A stretch of DNA of 64,000 nucleotides from Bdellovibrionales bacterium (lineage in GTDB: Bacteria > Bdellovibrionota > Bdellovibrionia > Bdellovibrionales > DASUEL01), in assembly GCA_050250255.1 (NCBI GenBank), contig JBFWOZ010000007.1:29838-93837 (forward strand), in the 5' to 3' direction. A program made the position numbers and the translations under genes. Shown here in pieces: positions 10,791 to 20,370 of this stretch. The stretch's first letter is position 1. Each line of letters begins with the position of its first letter. The notes below the pieces were generated by a model that saw nothing but the letters and a program-made list of their open reading frames with translations, made no database searches and was not told the DNA's origin.

Positions 10791-12718
10791 GATCCGCAAG
10801 AAAATCAAAACGTTCTCTCCGAAGCGCATTGATGTTTTCTTATTTGCTCTTTTCAATCGCACCGCTCGCATTTATTACCGCTTACTCGCTCGCAATCTAT
10901 CAGGGAGCTATTAACGATGAATTGAAAAAGCGTCTGGATGGCAATGCTCGTGAGATCAGTGTGATTATTACGGAATGGGAACAGCACTTACTTTCCTATG
11001 GAAGGATTCACGCGTCAGAACCAAGTTTAATCTACGATCTCTCTACTAGTTCGACATCACGATCAAAAACTTTGCTAGAAGGTTGGCTGCGCACTTATAT
11101 TGCGAATCGAATTTCAGTGTTTGATGACGAAGGGGCCCTTGTTATTTCTAGTACCAGAGTCGGTCCAGGAAAAGTACAGACAGTGGCCAGCTCTTCTGAT
11201 CAAGAAGTCTTGTTAAACACGAACATTCTGAGCACACTCAAAAATAAGGACCAAATGAGTGTGCGTGACCCACGTCCTAGCGAAAATCTAGAATTAGTTG
11301 TTTATACGAAGATCATGAACAAAAAGGGTGGAGTTGCTGGTTATCTTGAAGAGCTCATCGTGATCGATCAAAATTTTCTTTCCAATTTAAAAAATCGACT
11401 GAAGCTTGAGGTGATTTTGCTTAATGAACAGGGACAAGTCTCCGTTTCTAGCCAAAAAGACTTTTCACTCTACTCCCAATCGTTTTTCCAAGAGCGTATG
11501 GATCAGGAGAAAATTGGTTTTTTTGATCACACGATTCGTGATGAGCCTTATGGATTTATCATTCGTCCTTTGCAAAGTTCTGGCGGAAAAATTCTTATCG
11601 CACTTGGTGCCTCTAAAAAAGACTCTCAGCAAGTCTTGAGGCGTATTGCGGTAGCCATGTTTTCTGTCTCGGGCGTTCTTATTTTACTTCTGTTCCCTAC
11701 GCTTTTTTGGATTTCCCGCATGATCTTAAAACCATTAGATCAACTTGTTTCGGCAGCGCAAAAAATTGAAAGCGGCGAGGCGGTTCAAAAAATCCCAATT
11801 GAAAGTACGAGCGAAATATCGGTTTTAACTGATGCCTTCAACAATATGTCGCATAAGGTGAGCCAAGCTCGTAAAGAGCTCACGAATAAAATTGCAGAGT
11901 TAGAATTAACCAATAAAGAACTTCAAGAAACGCAAGCGCAGCTTGTTCATTCCAGCAAGATGGTGAGCCTTGGTCAGTTGGTAGCGGGTATTGCCCACGA
12001 ACTTAACAATCCGATTGGTTTTATTTATTCGAATATGGCTCACTTGAAAGAGTATTCAGATAAACTCGTAAGCCTCATCGAAACGGCAGAAAAACACCCA
12101 GAAAATCTTCTTTCGGAAAAAAAGAAAGCCGAGTTTGATTACATTATCGAAGATTTACCACGTCTTATAAAAAGCTGTGAAGATGGGGCGCGCCGAACCC
12201 GCGACATCGTTATTGGATTACGTAATTTTTCTCGTCTGGATGAAGCACAAATTAAAGAAATGGATATCACGGAGAGTATCAAAAACACTTTGGATCTACT
12301 TACCGGTGAATTGAAAAATCGAATTGATGTAAAAACAGATTTCCAAAAACTCCCTCTCGTAAAATGTTACGTCAGTCAAATTAATCAAGTTTTTATGAAC
12401 ATCCTTACTAATGCCGCTCAGGCCGTTGAAGGCAAAGGAACGATTTGGATTAAAACATCACAAGAGGCTGACCAAATTCAAGTGAGTGTTCGTGATAGCG
12501 GTCAGGGAATCAGTGAAAAAAATCTCGAGAAGATATTTGACCCGTTTTTTACGACAAAACCTGTTGGTCAGGGAACCGGGCTTGGTCTAAGCATTTCTTT
12601 CGGCATTGTCAAAAAGCACGGCGGAGATATTACGGTTGAATCTGCTCCTGGAAAAGGAACAGAATTTGTAATCTGTCTCCCCATCAATCCTCATCTCGAG
12701 GAAATCGCGGCTGTTTAA
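10787..12718 (+). CDS. Membrane sensor histidine kinase (HAMP-HisKA-HATPase)
   Basis: GIAHELNNP H-box, N-box NILTNA, DSGQG, FDPFFTTK, GTGLGLS; two TM helices. Confidence 0.95.
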   Translation: MRSARKSKRSLRSALMFSYLLFSIAPLAFITAYSLAIYQGAINDELKKRLDGNAREISVIITEWEQHLLSYGRIHASEPSLIYDLSTSSTSRSKTLLEGWLRTYIANRISVFDDEGALVISSTRVGPGKVQTVASSSDQEVLLNTNILSTLKNKDQMSVRDPRPSENLELVVYTKIMNKKGGVAGYLEELIVIDQNFLSNLKNRLKLEVILLNEQGQVSVSSQKDFSLYSQSFFQERMDQEKIGFFDHTIRDEPYGFIIRPLQSSGGKILIALGASKKDSQQVLRRIAVAMFSVSGVLILLLFPTLFWISRMILKPLDQLVSAAQKIESGEAVQKIPIESTSEISVLTDAFNNMSHKVSQARKELTNKIAELELTNKELQETQAQLVHSSKMVSLGQLVAGIAHELNNPIGFIYSNMAHLKEYSDKLVSLIETAEKHPENLLSEKKKAEFDYIIEDLPRLIKSCEDGARRTRDIVIGLRNFSRLDEAQIKEMDITESIKNTLDLLTGELKNRIDVKTDFQKLPLVKCYVSQINQVFMNILTNAAQAVEGKGTIWIKTSQEADQIQVSVRDSGQGISEKNLEKIFDPFFTTKPVGQGTGLGLSISFGIVKKHGGDITVESAPGKGTEFVICLPINPHLEEIAAV

Positions 12719-13098
12719 ATGATGTGGCCTCGATCTTTAAAGCTGTAATAAGTTTCTGTTGTTAGGACGAGATGATCTACGATAGGAATCTGCAAAAGTT
12801 GAGCCGCCTGAATGAGATTATCTGTGATTCGGACATCTTCGGAAGAAGGCTTACAATCGCCGGAAGGGTGGTTGTGCGCCACTAGTAAAGATGAAGCATT
12901 CTGCTGTATAGCAAAACGAAAAATATCTCGAGGATGAATAACGCAGCGATCGACGGTGCCTCGAAATATCATGCGACTTGCAAGCAAACATTTCTTGGAG
13001 CTAAGAGCTAAAACCCAAAACTCCTCCACATCTGAACTGATCTGGTTTTTAAGATATTGATAGGCGATTTGACTGGAAATAACGCTAATGGAACTCAT
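12715..13098 (-). CDS. RadC-like JAB domain protein (JAB domain only)
   Basis: HPRDIF, AHNHPSG...PSSED, DHLVL; SD GGGAG before ATG 13098. Confidence 0.88.
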   Translation of the reverse strand: MSSISVISSQIAYQYLKNQISSDVEEFWVLALSSKKCLLASRMIFRGTVDRCVIHPRDIFRFAIQQNASSLLVAHNHPSGDCKPSSEDVRITDNLIQAAQLLQIPIVDHLVLTTETYYSFKDRGHII

Positions 13099-13166
13099 AC
13101 TATGTCTCCCACATGCAAAGTGGGAGATTCTCAGCAAAAGCTTAAGCTAAAAAGTGAGCTTGAAAT

Positions 13167-13535
13167 TTATCGAGATTCGGATGGTTGATTCTGCTCTTCG
13201 TAAATTTGTTCTTGAATCAAAGCATCAGAATTTTTTGGTTTATAAGACTTTCGGAGCGAAGTGTCTTGAATGCCCGGCTCGGTTTGCATATTTACCCCGA
13301 AGCTGGAGTAGTCCGCTTGGTTTGTAAAGCTCGCCGACTGATCGATGTTCGGAGCAGAAAGAGAGTTGTCGACTTCGACTTTGTCTTTTTCGAGTTGCAT
13401 TTTTTTGTGAGTGTAGGTCATGTGCTCATTCACAGACTTAAGAGATTTTTTAGGCGCCTGATTCCGTGCCTCTACAAAAGAAGTCCGAGAAAACAGCAGT
13501 ATCGTTATGAGACAAAATAGATTTTTGTAAGACAT
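13167..13535 (-). CDS. Hypothetical exported protein
   Basis: Signal-peptide-like N-terminus ending VEA; SD AAGGG. Confidence 0.6.
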   Translation of the reverse strand: MSYKNLFCLITILLFSRTSFVEARNQAPKKSLKSVNEHMTYTHKKMQLEKDKVEVDNSLSAPNIDQSASFTNQADYSSFGVNMQTEPGIQDTSLRKSYKPKNSDALIQEQIYEEQNQPSESR

Positions 13536-13725
13536 ACCCTTTTATTATAGCAAAAACGTTGCCTTTTCGAAAGCTAACCAGCCCTTTGGCAGCTGTTATG
13601 GCCTGTACATCTGGGCATATGTCGCACACCTCAAATCTTCGTCCCAAAATGTCTCAAGCCATTTTATGTTGTGAGACATAATTGCAGCATTTTTAGGGTA
13701 GGGCGAGTTATAGGCGCCTTGAGAG

Positions 13726-13741
13726 CGGACCCCTTTTTGCT
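13726..13741 (+). promoter_or_regulatory. Sigma-54-like -24/-12 promoter
   Basis: CGGACCCCTTTTTGCT; GG-N10-GC spacing exact. Confidence 0.45.
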
Positions 13742-13774
13742 TCGTTAAAAGGCACAACTAGGAAGGAGACATCT

Positions 13775-14101
13775 ATGAAGTACTTTCTGTATACAGTTTT
13801 AAGTATCTTTTTTGTTTTTGGAGCTCATGCGCAGTCGGTCGTAGCACCTAATTTTGAGATTCTGTCTTATGCTTTTCAGTCAGAGAGTGTGAAGTCGGCG
13901 TTAAGGAATCATTCTCTTCAGAGCGTGGTCATTACCCAATCTGTGGAATTTACAACTTGGACTTTTGCTATTCAGATTCAGTCTATTCCCGGCGCGGAAA
14001 TAGAGACTCAATCATGCCAAACTCTTATTGTTGTGAAAGCGATCAGTGGTATTGCGGGCATGATCATCGATCCGCCAAAAGTTTTAGACTCTTGTGAATA
14101 A
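13775..14101 (+). CDS. Hypothetical secreted protein (two Cys)
   Basis: SD AAGGAG; signal peptide ending AHA. Confidence 0.7.
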   Translation: MKYFLYTVLSIFFVFGAHAQSVVAPNFEILSYAFQSESVKSALRNHSLQSVVITQSVEFTTWTFAIQIQSIPGAEIETQSCQTLIVVKAISGIAGMIIDPPKVLDSCE

Positions 14102-14112
14102 TTGGAATGTTC

Positions 14113-15165
14113 CTACTGTTTTTGCCCGCTTCGCAGCTTAAGGCTTGCGGAGGCGGCTAAAATAGAACGAACGGCCCCATCATCATCTTCATCATAAATA
14201 TCCCCGATAATTTCTTCGAGAATGTCCTCAAGCGTGATGATGCCGATTAAAATATCGGTGTTTGAGAGTACAAGGCACATATGTTTACGGCTCACTTGCA
14301 TGAGGCGAAGAGCTTTAAGAAGCGAGTCCCCTTCTTTAATTTTTAAGATGGGTCGAATGATGGATTTCCAATCCACAGCACCAGCATGTCGAAAGGCCAT
14401 AAACTCTTTGGTATGCAAGATTCCGAGAACGCTGGAGTCATCACAAACGGGGAGGCGCGTGTGGCCCGACGCTAAAACAATCTCGGCTACGCGTTCGGCG
14501 GTTTGGGTCACGTGAACCGTGTTTACTTTTTCCCATGGAAACATCACATCGCGAATTCGCTTCTTCTCTAAATCGACAAGATTGATCACGTACTGTTGAT
14601 GTTGCGCGGAGAGCTTATCGATATTGAGATTGTCGGTGCCTTGGCTTTTCGGCTCATTACGAAAGCGAAAAAATCGAGCGATGGTACGAGTGGAGATCTC
14701 TAAAACAAAAACAATCGGAGAAAAAATATTATCGAGTATGACTAAAAGAGGAGCTCCAAATTTCGCAACGGTGAGGGGGTGTCGTAGAGCTATAGTTTTT
14801 GGAACAAGCTCGCCAACCACCACCGTTAGGTAGGTGAGGGGTAATACAACAATCATCACTGCAATGGCACCGGCGACACTGTCGCTTAAGCCAAACTCGG
14901 TGGTTAAAATAGGACTTAAAACTTCTTCCGCACCGGCTCCGCCAACGGCTGCTGAAATAGCACCTACTAATGTGATCCCTACCTGTAGGATCGAGAGTGT
15001 TCGCTCAGGGTTTTCGCGGTAAGTGAGAAGGCGTCCCGCAAGGGTGTCTCCATCTTTTTTTAATTGCTTAAGAAGCGGGAGGCTTAAGGAGATAAAGGCC
15101 ATTTCCACTGCGGAAAGAAGGGCATTGATCGCAAGACATGTAAGAACGACAGCTATTTTTAGCAT
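14113..15165 (-). CDS. CNNM/DUF21-CBS hemolysin-family (CorC/TlyC-like) protein
   Basis: NALLSAVEMA, GELVPKTIA, HTRLPV, ITLEDILEEIIGDIYDE. Confidence 0.9.
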   Translation of the reverse strand: MLKIAVVLTCLAINALLSAVEMAFISLSLPLLKQLKKDGDTLAGRLLTYRENPERTLSILQVGITLVGAISAAVGGAGAEEVLSPILTTEFGLSDSVAGAIAVMIVVLPLTYLTVVVGELVPKTIALRHPLTVAKFGAPLLVILDNIFSPIVFVLEISTRTIARFFRFRNEPKSQGTDNLNIDKLSAQHQQYVINLVDLEKKRIRDVMFPWEKVNTVHVTQTAERVAEIVLASGHTRLPVCDDSSVLGILHTKEFMAFRHAGAVDWKSIIRPILKIKEGDSLLKALRLMQVSRKHMCLVLSNTDILIGIITLEDILEEIIGDIYDEDDDGAVRSILAASASLKLRSGQKQ

Positions 15166-15293
15166 CCGCGCACCATAGAAGTACTAAGGCACCATTAACT
15201 GGCCGCGTTGTCAAACGAGGCGGGGCCGCATTAAATCTTTCGTCGTTTCTAGGTTTGTATATACTTATCCTTTAATCTCTTTAAGGAGTGTCC

Positions 15294-15890
15294 ATGAAAA
15301 ACAGTTTATTTGTTTTACTGTGCGTTGCTTTGTTCGCTGTCGGCTGTGGTCCTAAGGCCTTTGTAAAAGGTGATTACGATAAGGACGTTGAAAGAGACAA
15401 TCTCTTAAATGACCAGTGGTCTGAAACAGATATGCAAAAAGCGGTGAAAGATCTCGTCGAGAGCATGGCCAATCACCACAGCATTGCTGCGGCTAAAAAA
15501 CCGCCAACCGTAATGGTGACGAAGCTTCAAAACAAAACCAGCGAACATATCGACACTCAAAGCATTATGGATATGGTTCGTGTGGAAATCATGAACAAAA
15601 AGAACGTTGCATTTGTGGATCGTGAAGCGCGTGAAGATATGGACGAAGAGTATAACTACCAAAACTCCGGTCGTGTAGGCAAAGACAGCAAAAAAGGCCC
15701 GGGCAAACAGATTGGTGCCGACTTTATTTTGAATGGTCGATTAGATTCAATCGTTCAAGAAGTGGGTAAAGACAAAACGGTTTATTACAAGCTCACTTTA
15801 AATCTCACCAATCTTGAAAGTGGTGTGATTGCTTGGTCAAACTATAAACAAATCCGTAAGATCTATAAAAAGAAATCAATCGGCCTTTAA
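15294..15890 (+). CDS. LpoB-family lipoprotein (PBP activator-like)
   Basis: Lipobox AVGC; NKTSEHIDT and GADFILNG patterns. Confidence 0.8.
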   Translation: MKNSLFVLLCVALFAVGCGPKAFVKGDYDKDVERDNLLNDQWSETDMQKAVKDLVESMANHHSIAAAKKPPTVMVTKLQNKTSEHIDTQSIMDMVRVEIMNKKNVAFVDREAREDMDEEYNYQNSGRVGKDSKKGPGKQIGADFILNGRLDSIVQEVGKDKTVYYKLTLNLTNLESGVIAWSNYKQIRKIYKKKSIGL

Positions 15891-15911
15891 TTCACTTAGG
15901 AAAAAGGAAGA

Positions 15912-17141
15912 ATGAAAAAGCTTTTTCTATCGCTCTCCATTCTTCTTTTCGTTATCGGTTGTTCGACCTATCAAAAAAAATCAGGCGAAGCTCGAGGGCT
16001 TCTCGAGCGCGGCCGCCCAGATGAGGCCATCAAAATTTTAGAACCATTAGCGAAAGAAGAAGGCGATGACCAGCTCGTTTATCTTCTCGACTATGCCGTC
16101 GCTCTCCAATCAGCTGGTCGCTACGAGGACAGTACAAAAGCCTTTTTACAAGCGGCGAAGCTTGCGGAAGTGAAGGACTACCATAGTCTTTCGCGTGTCG
16201 TGGGATCCTTCGCTCTTAATGAGGGGATGATTCAATATAAGGGCGAAGATTACGAAAAGCTGTTGATCAATGTATTTCTCGCCCAAAACTTTCTCATGCA
16301 AAACGATCTCGATGGAGCTTTGGTTGAAACTCGAAGGCTCGATCAAATGCTCAATAAATATCGTATTGAAGCCAAAAGAGATTACGAGCAAAACGCGTTT
16401 GCCGTTTATCTCTCGGCCATGATCTGGGAGGCCGACCGCAAGTGGGACGATGCTTACATTGCTTACAGCCGTGCTCACAAGCTTCGACCCGATATCAAGA
16501 TGTTAGGTGCCGATTTACTTCGTAGTTCACAGATGGCACAGCGACCTGAAGAATTCGACAAGTGGAAAAAACTCTACCCTAAAGTGAAAATGGATAAAAA
16601 GTGGTGGAAGGACCCAAATATGGGAGAGCTTGTTCTTGTCTACCAACAAGGGAGGGCGGCAGTGAAAAGACCGCATCCTGATATGCATAGAATTCCAAAA
16701 CTTTTTCATGTTCCGTCGAACACGGCCGCGGCCCGACTCGAAGTGATAGGCGGTCCCACTCAAGATACCGAGATTGTTTACAATGTTTCTCAAATTGCTA
16801 TCAAAACCCTCGATGATGCCTACACCGCGCTTATCGCCAAAAGAGTAGCGGGATTAGCGGCCAAAGCCGTGATCGCTGATCAGGTGAGACAAAAAGATGA
16901 GCTTCTGGGCTTCATCACATGGATTGGATTAAATATCGCGGATCAGGCGGATCTCAGGCAGTGGTCGACGCTCCCTGAAACCTTCCAAGTGGCCCGAATC
17001 CCTCTCGCAGCCGGTACTTACAAGATGAAGATTCATGGCTTGCTTGCTTCAGGAACTCCTTCGGGAGAGGCGGCCGGTGAGCAAGAAATTAAAATCGAAC
17101 CTCGTAAGAAAAAGTTTTTGCTCTGGCGTTCGTTCCAGTAA
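15912..17141 (+). CDS. COG3014-like TPR lipoprotein
   Basis: Lipobox VIGC; YKGEDYE and ADLRQWSTLP motifs; adjacent to LpoB-like gene. Confidence 0.8.
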   Translation: MKKLFLSLSILLFVIGCSTYQKKSGEARGLLERGRPDEAIKILEPLAKEEGDDQLVYLLDYAVALQSAGRYEDSTKAFLQAAKLAEVKDYHSLSRVVGSFALNEGMIQYKGEDYEKLLINVFLAQNFLMQNDLDGALVETRRLDQMLNKYRIEAKRDYEQNAFAVYLSAMIWEADRKWDDAYIAYSRAHKLRPDIKMLGADLLRSSQMAQRPEEFDKWKKLYPKVKMDKKWWKDPNMGELVLVYQQGRAAVKRPHPDMHRIPKLFHVPSNTAAARLEVIGGPTQDTEIVYNVSQIAIKTLDDAYTALIAKRVAGLAAKAVIADQVRQKDELLGFITWIGLNIADQADLRQWSTLPETFQVARIPLAAGTYKMKIHGLLASGTPSGEAAGEQEIKIEPRKKKFLLWRSFQ

Positions 17142-17329
17142 ATCCCCCCCCTGAGATTGTGGACATTATCATTACGCATAATCTGAGTGACATGAAAACC
17201 GTTACTTTGTGCGCGGGAAAAATTAGTATAAAAGTACTAGCTCTCGAAGATCTGATTAAAATGAAATTGCAGAGCGGTCGCCCTCAAGATCTTGAAGACG
17301 TCAAAGCCCTAAGGGAGCTTAAAAAATGA
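17141..17329 (+). pseudogene. C-terminal remnant of a nucleotidyltransferase-family gene
   Basis: Hand translation NPPPEIVDIIITHNLSDMKTVTLCAGKISIKVLALEDLIKMKLQSGRPQDLEDVKALRELKK*; N-terminal catalytic half absent; stop overlaps next ATG. Confidence 0.7.
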
Positions 17330-17574
17330 AGGCTCTACAAAAGTTTTCCAGTGAATATTTGGAGCAGTGTAAACACCTAAAGCCCGAGGAAACCCTAAAG
17401 TTCCTTGATGATTTTCGTCGCCTTCATGGAGAAAAATCGAAACTGAAATCGAAGCTTATTAGTATGAAAGTTTCCGAACCTCTTCTCGAAGCCTTTAAGA
17501 AAAAATCTGAGCTCCCGGGTATTCCCTACCAAACACAAATCAAAAAGCTCATGCTTGAATGGCTTAAAAGTTAA
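17326..17574 (+). CDS. BrnA/CopG-like ribbon-helix-helix antitoxin-like protein
   Basis: LISMKVSEPLLEAFK...GIPYQTQIKKLM pattern. Confidence 0.75.
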   Translation: MKALQKFSSEYLEQCKHLKPEETLKFLDDFRRLHGEKSKLKSKLISMKVSEPLLEAFKKKSELPGIPYQTQIKKLMLEWLKS

Positions 17575-17689
17575 TTTCGTATTGAGACATCTCAACGCGA
17601 GACGATTTTCTGAGACGTCAATCTTTTGCGAAGTAACAGCCTTCGTTTAACAAACAACGTCCTCAAGTCCATAGAAACTCATTAAAACC

Positions 17690-17705
17690 TGGTACCTACT
17701 TTGCT
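17690..17705 (+). promoter_or_regulatory. Sigma-54 -24/-12 promoter
   Basis: TGGTAC-N5-TTGCT, 32 nt before ATG 17737. Confidence 0.65.
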
Positions 17706-17736
17706 CTTATTCCTTGTATTACAAGGAGTCACAACC

Positions 17737-18390
17737 ATGACTGTTTCATTTTTAAAATATCTACTTTCTGTCTGCATTTTAGTTGTCTCAATTTCATCCA
17801 ATGTATTTGCCACCGATGAGGTTCCTCAATCTATCAAAGAGTTGGCAATGAAAATTGAAAGAAACCAACCTTTCGAAATGCCAAAAACAGAAACTGAATT
17901 AAGACAACTCCGTCGCGTTTTGAGTTCTAAGGCAACACAACATATGAAGTATGCAGTAGAGATGGTGAGTCGCATGAACTATCGAACGGAACTCGCTATT
18001 GTAGAAGTGTTGAAGCTTCATGTAGGTCGTATTACTCGCACCCTTTCAAAGATGTCCAAAGCTGCGGCTCAAGCCGCTGCACGTACAACTATGGCAGCGG
18101 ACTCGGTTGTACCTTATTTTACACGTGACTTGTATGAGCGCCGACTTACTCCAAAAACTCTTTCCATGCTTGTTGCTGTTGAAGAGAAGTGTGACCTTGC
18201 AATGTACGACTCACTTCTGTTTGGTATTGAAAAAATAAATGCAAACGAGATCTCAGATATTTTTTGTAAAACGGCTGTTCAAAACTATCTCATATATAAA
18301 TCGGGTATTGCAGAAAATCACATATTGAATGAGCAGCCCCTATCCTCTCCAGTGCCAGTGGTGGCAGAAAAGACAGAAGTGAATCGGTAG
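17737..18390 (+). CDS. Hypothetical secreted helical protein
   Basis: SD AAGGAG; signal peptide ending VFA. Confidence 0.7.
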   Translation: MTVSFLKYLLSVCILVVSISSNVFATDEVPQSIKELAMKIERNQPFEMPKTETELRQLRRVLSSKATQHMKYAVEMVSRMNYRTELAIVEVLKLHVGRITRTLSKMSKAAAQAAARTTMAADSVVPYFTRDLYERRLTPKTLSMLVAVEEKCDLAMYDSLLFGIEKINANEISDIFCKTAVQNYLIYKSGIAENHILNEQPLSSPVPVVAEKTEVNR

Positions 18391-18421
18391 GAATAGGAAG
18401 AAAAGGATTGTGGAGTTCCGA

Positions 18422-19087
18422 ATGCGGATGATTATACTAACCATTTTATTATTTACTTCTAGTTTAGCGAAGGCAGATAACCTTGCGCTTAAATTATTTG
18501 AACAACAAGTTTCCGAACTCACTAGAGAAATTGCTGTTGGTTTTAAGCCAGTGGAAGTTTTGGCGCAAGACTTGCTAAAGCTCTATGCCATTTATCCAGA
18601 TGAGTACATTAAATTAGCTTCAGCATTGAACTCTCGCATTGAAGGATCTCTTGTGAGACATGCCTATGAACATTATAACTTCGAAGAGGCACAGCAATTC
18701 CGATCACGACTAAAAGATATATTGAAAATCACTCGTGAGGCCGCTGTCGCTCGTGATTTTTCAGCTCAACCATCCATAGCCGCACATTTAGATCTTCTCA
18801 TCATTAAAAAAGCAAACTTAAAGGGGTCACACTTACCCTCTACGATAAGTCGCCTTGAGCATTTACAAGCTCAAATTTTGAGATGGGCGGAACTTGAATA
18901 TAAGGGTGCAAAAATCTTGGGACAAGGAAACGATTCCTACATGGGATTTTCTCAAAGAGCGCGAGATCTAAAAATGGCTGCACGGCTTATCTCACAAAAG
19001 ATGAATGCAATTAAGGTGGACACCGCTAAGGATTTCCATGGTGTAGCAGCGGGCTTTTGTGGGAATTACTTAAATATAAATCACTAA
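18422..19087 (+). CDS. Hypothetical secreted helical protein
   Basis: SD GGAG; signal peptide ending AKA. Confidence 0.7.
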   Translation: MRMIILTILLFTSSLAKADNLALKLFEQQVSELTREIAVGFKPVEVLAQDLLKLYAIYPDEYIKLASALNSRIEGSLVRHAYEHYNFEEAQQFRSRLKDILKITREAAVARDFSAQPSIAAHLDLLIIKKANLKGSHLPSTISRLEHLQAQILRWAELEYKGAKILGQGNDSYMGFSQRARDLKMAARLISQKMNAIKVDTAKDFHGVAAGFCGNYLNINH

Positions 19088-19101
19088 ATAAAGGATATAG
19101 C

Positions 19102-19665
19102 ATGAAAAAACTTTTCACTCTTTTTGTTGTTTTGTTCTCTGCAATGACCTCATATGCGCAACGCCTTTCTGATGAGGAGCTCAATAGGCGTGTTCCAAAG
19201 TCTATTGCTAATTTCTCTATTCTGGATTCCGCCATTCGCGAGTTTAGCCAAGGCAAAGAAAACGTGGGTCGATACCTCACTCTCGTCTCTGGAGCGATGG
19301 GAAGTGAAAAGACCGGACAAACGATCTTTACCGAAAAAAACATTGTGGACACTTACAATAAAGTGAAAGACGATTCACGTACACTTCAAAATCTCTATTT
19401 GATTCTTATAAATTACACAGAACTTTTAAAGACGGGTAAGCTTGCAGGACGAGTCACGCTAAGAGATGCCACGGTAGAGGTAATAGCTTTTCAGCATTAT
19501 AAAAATATGGGTGATTTGGGTGTGGTGGAGCCAGGTGTAGACGCACGAATTAAAAATGAGGCCCGCGTTGAGGCTGCTCCAATTGCGAATCAACTTTTAC
19601 AAGATCTCTTTGTCGCAGAAACAACCGCCCCACAAAAGCCTACCATGCAAAAAGGTGGAAGATAG
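19102..19665 (+). CDS. Hypothetical secreted protein
   Basis: SD AAGGA; MKKLF...SYA signal peptide. Confidence 0.7.
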   Translation: MKKLFTLFVVLFSAMTSYAQRLSDEELNRRVPKSIANFSILDSAIREFSQGKENVGRYLTLVSGAMGSEKTGQTIFTEKNIVDTYNKVKDDSRTLQNLYLILINYTELLKTGKLAGRVTLRDATVEVIAFQHYKNMGDLGVVEPGVDARIKNEARVEAAPIANQLLQDLFVAETTAPQKPTMQKGGR

Positions 19666-19684
19666 GCCGTGAGATTTTATTCGC

Positions 19685-20236
19685 TTAATCTTTATTATCA
19701 AACACGTACATCACTCTTAGAAGTACGGTGACAAAACTTTGAATACCTTTGAGTCGCTGTCCTGAAGGGTCGGTGACTTCTGTATCAAAAGCCCAGTGAT
19801 ATTTTCCTTGAAGACCGGCGTTGAAGCGTTTGCCGAGTTCAAAATCCACACCTAATCCCGTGTAAAGTCCAAAGCCTGAGCTTGTTGCTCTTTCGGTAGG
19901 AAGATCGTGACCAATAAAGTCCACCCCAGCAAGAGCAGAAAAGTAAGCGGCATCGTAACTATTGAAGTAAAAATTTAAACCGGTGCTGATTTCTTGATGG
20001 CGAAGTCCGTTGTGGCTGCTACTCAAGTAACCAATCTCAAATTGCATTTCAGAGCTTGTCGTATAGTTTCCAAATACTCCAAACCCAAGAGCATTGCCGT
20101 AGCGGCTTCCAACGTCTTGTTGTAATCCGACATGACCTGCTTGAACACCAAGGCGCACCTCGTGCTCATCGATGGCAAAAGCGGGGGAGAGAAAAAAGAA
20201 ACTTACTGCAGCTGCAGAGACAAATCGGGAAATCAT
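19685..20236 (-). CDS. Outer-membrane beta-barrel protein (OmpW/OmpA-like 8-stranded)
   Basis: Signal peptide ending AFA; alternating amphipathic strands; terminal YVF. Confidence 0.75.
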   Translation of the reverse strand: MISRFVSAAAVSFFFLSPAFAIDEHEVRLGVQAGHVGLQQDVGSRYGNALGFGVFGNYTTSSEMQFEIGYLSSSHNGLRHQEISTGLNFYFNSYDAAYFSALAGVDFIGHDLPTERATSSGFGLYTGLGVDFELGKRFNAGLQGKYHWAFDTEVTDPSGQRLKGIQSFVTVLLRVMYVFDNKD

Positions 20237-20311
20237 ACACACTCCTTCTAAAATATGAGGTTATTTGAAACCTCGAAAAAATTTAGTGTAGTTGAGAGTC
20301 TCTAAAAACAC

Positions 20312-20345
20312 AAAAGCCCTACTCGTTGCGGCGAATAGGGCTTTT
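20312..20345 (-). terminator. Intrinsic terminator after PhaR-like gene (bidirectional shape)
   Basis: AAAAGCCCTA...TAGGGCTTTT stem with A/T tails. Confidence 0.7.
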
Positions 20346-20370
20346 TATGGTCTTCATCTTAAAAGATGAA

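Noticed and set aside
12715..13098. JAB/RadC gene as marker of a defence island or integrated element
   Set aside because: No E1/E2, cyclase, integrase or att-like repeats nearby
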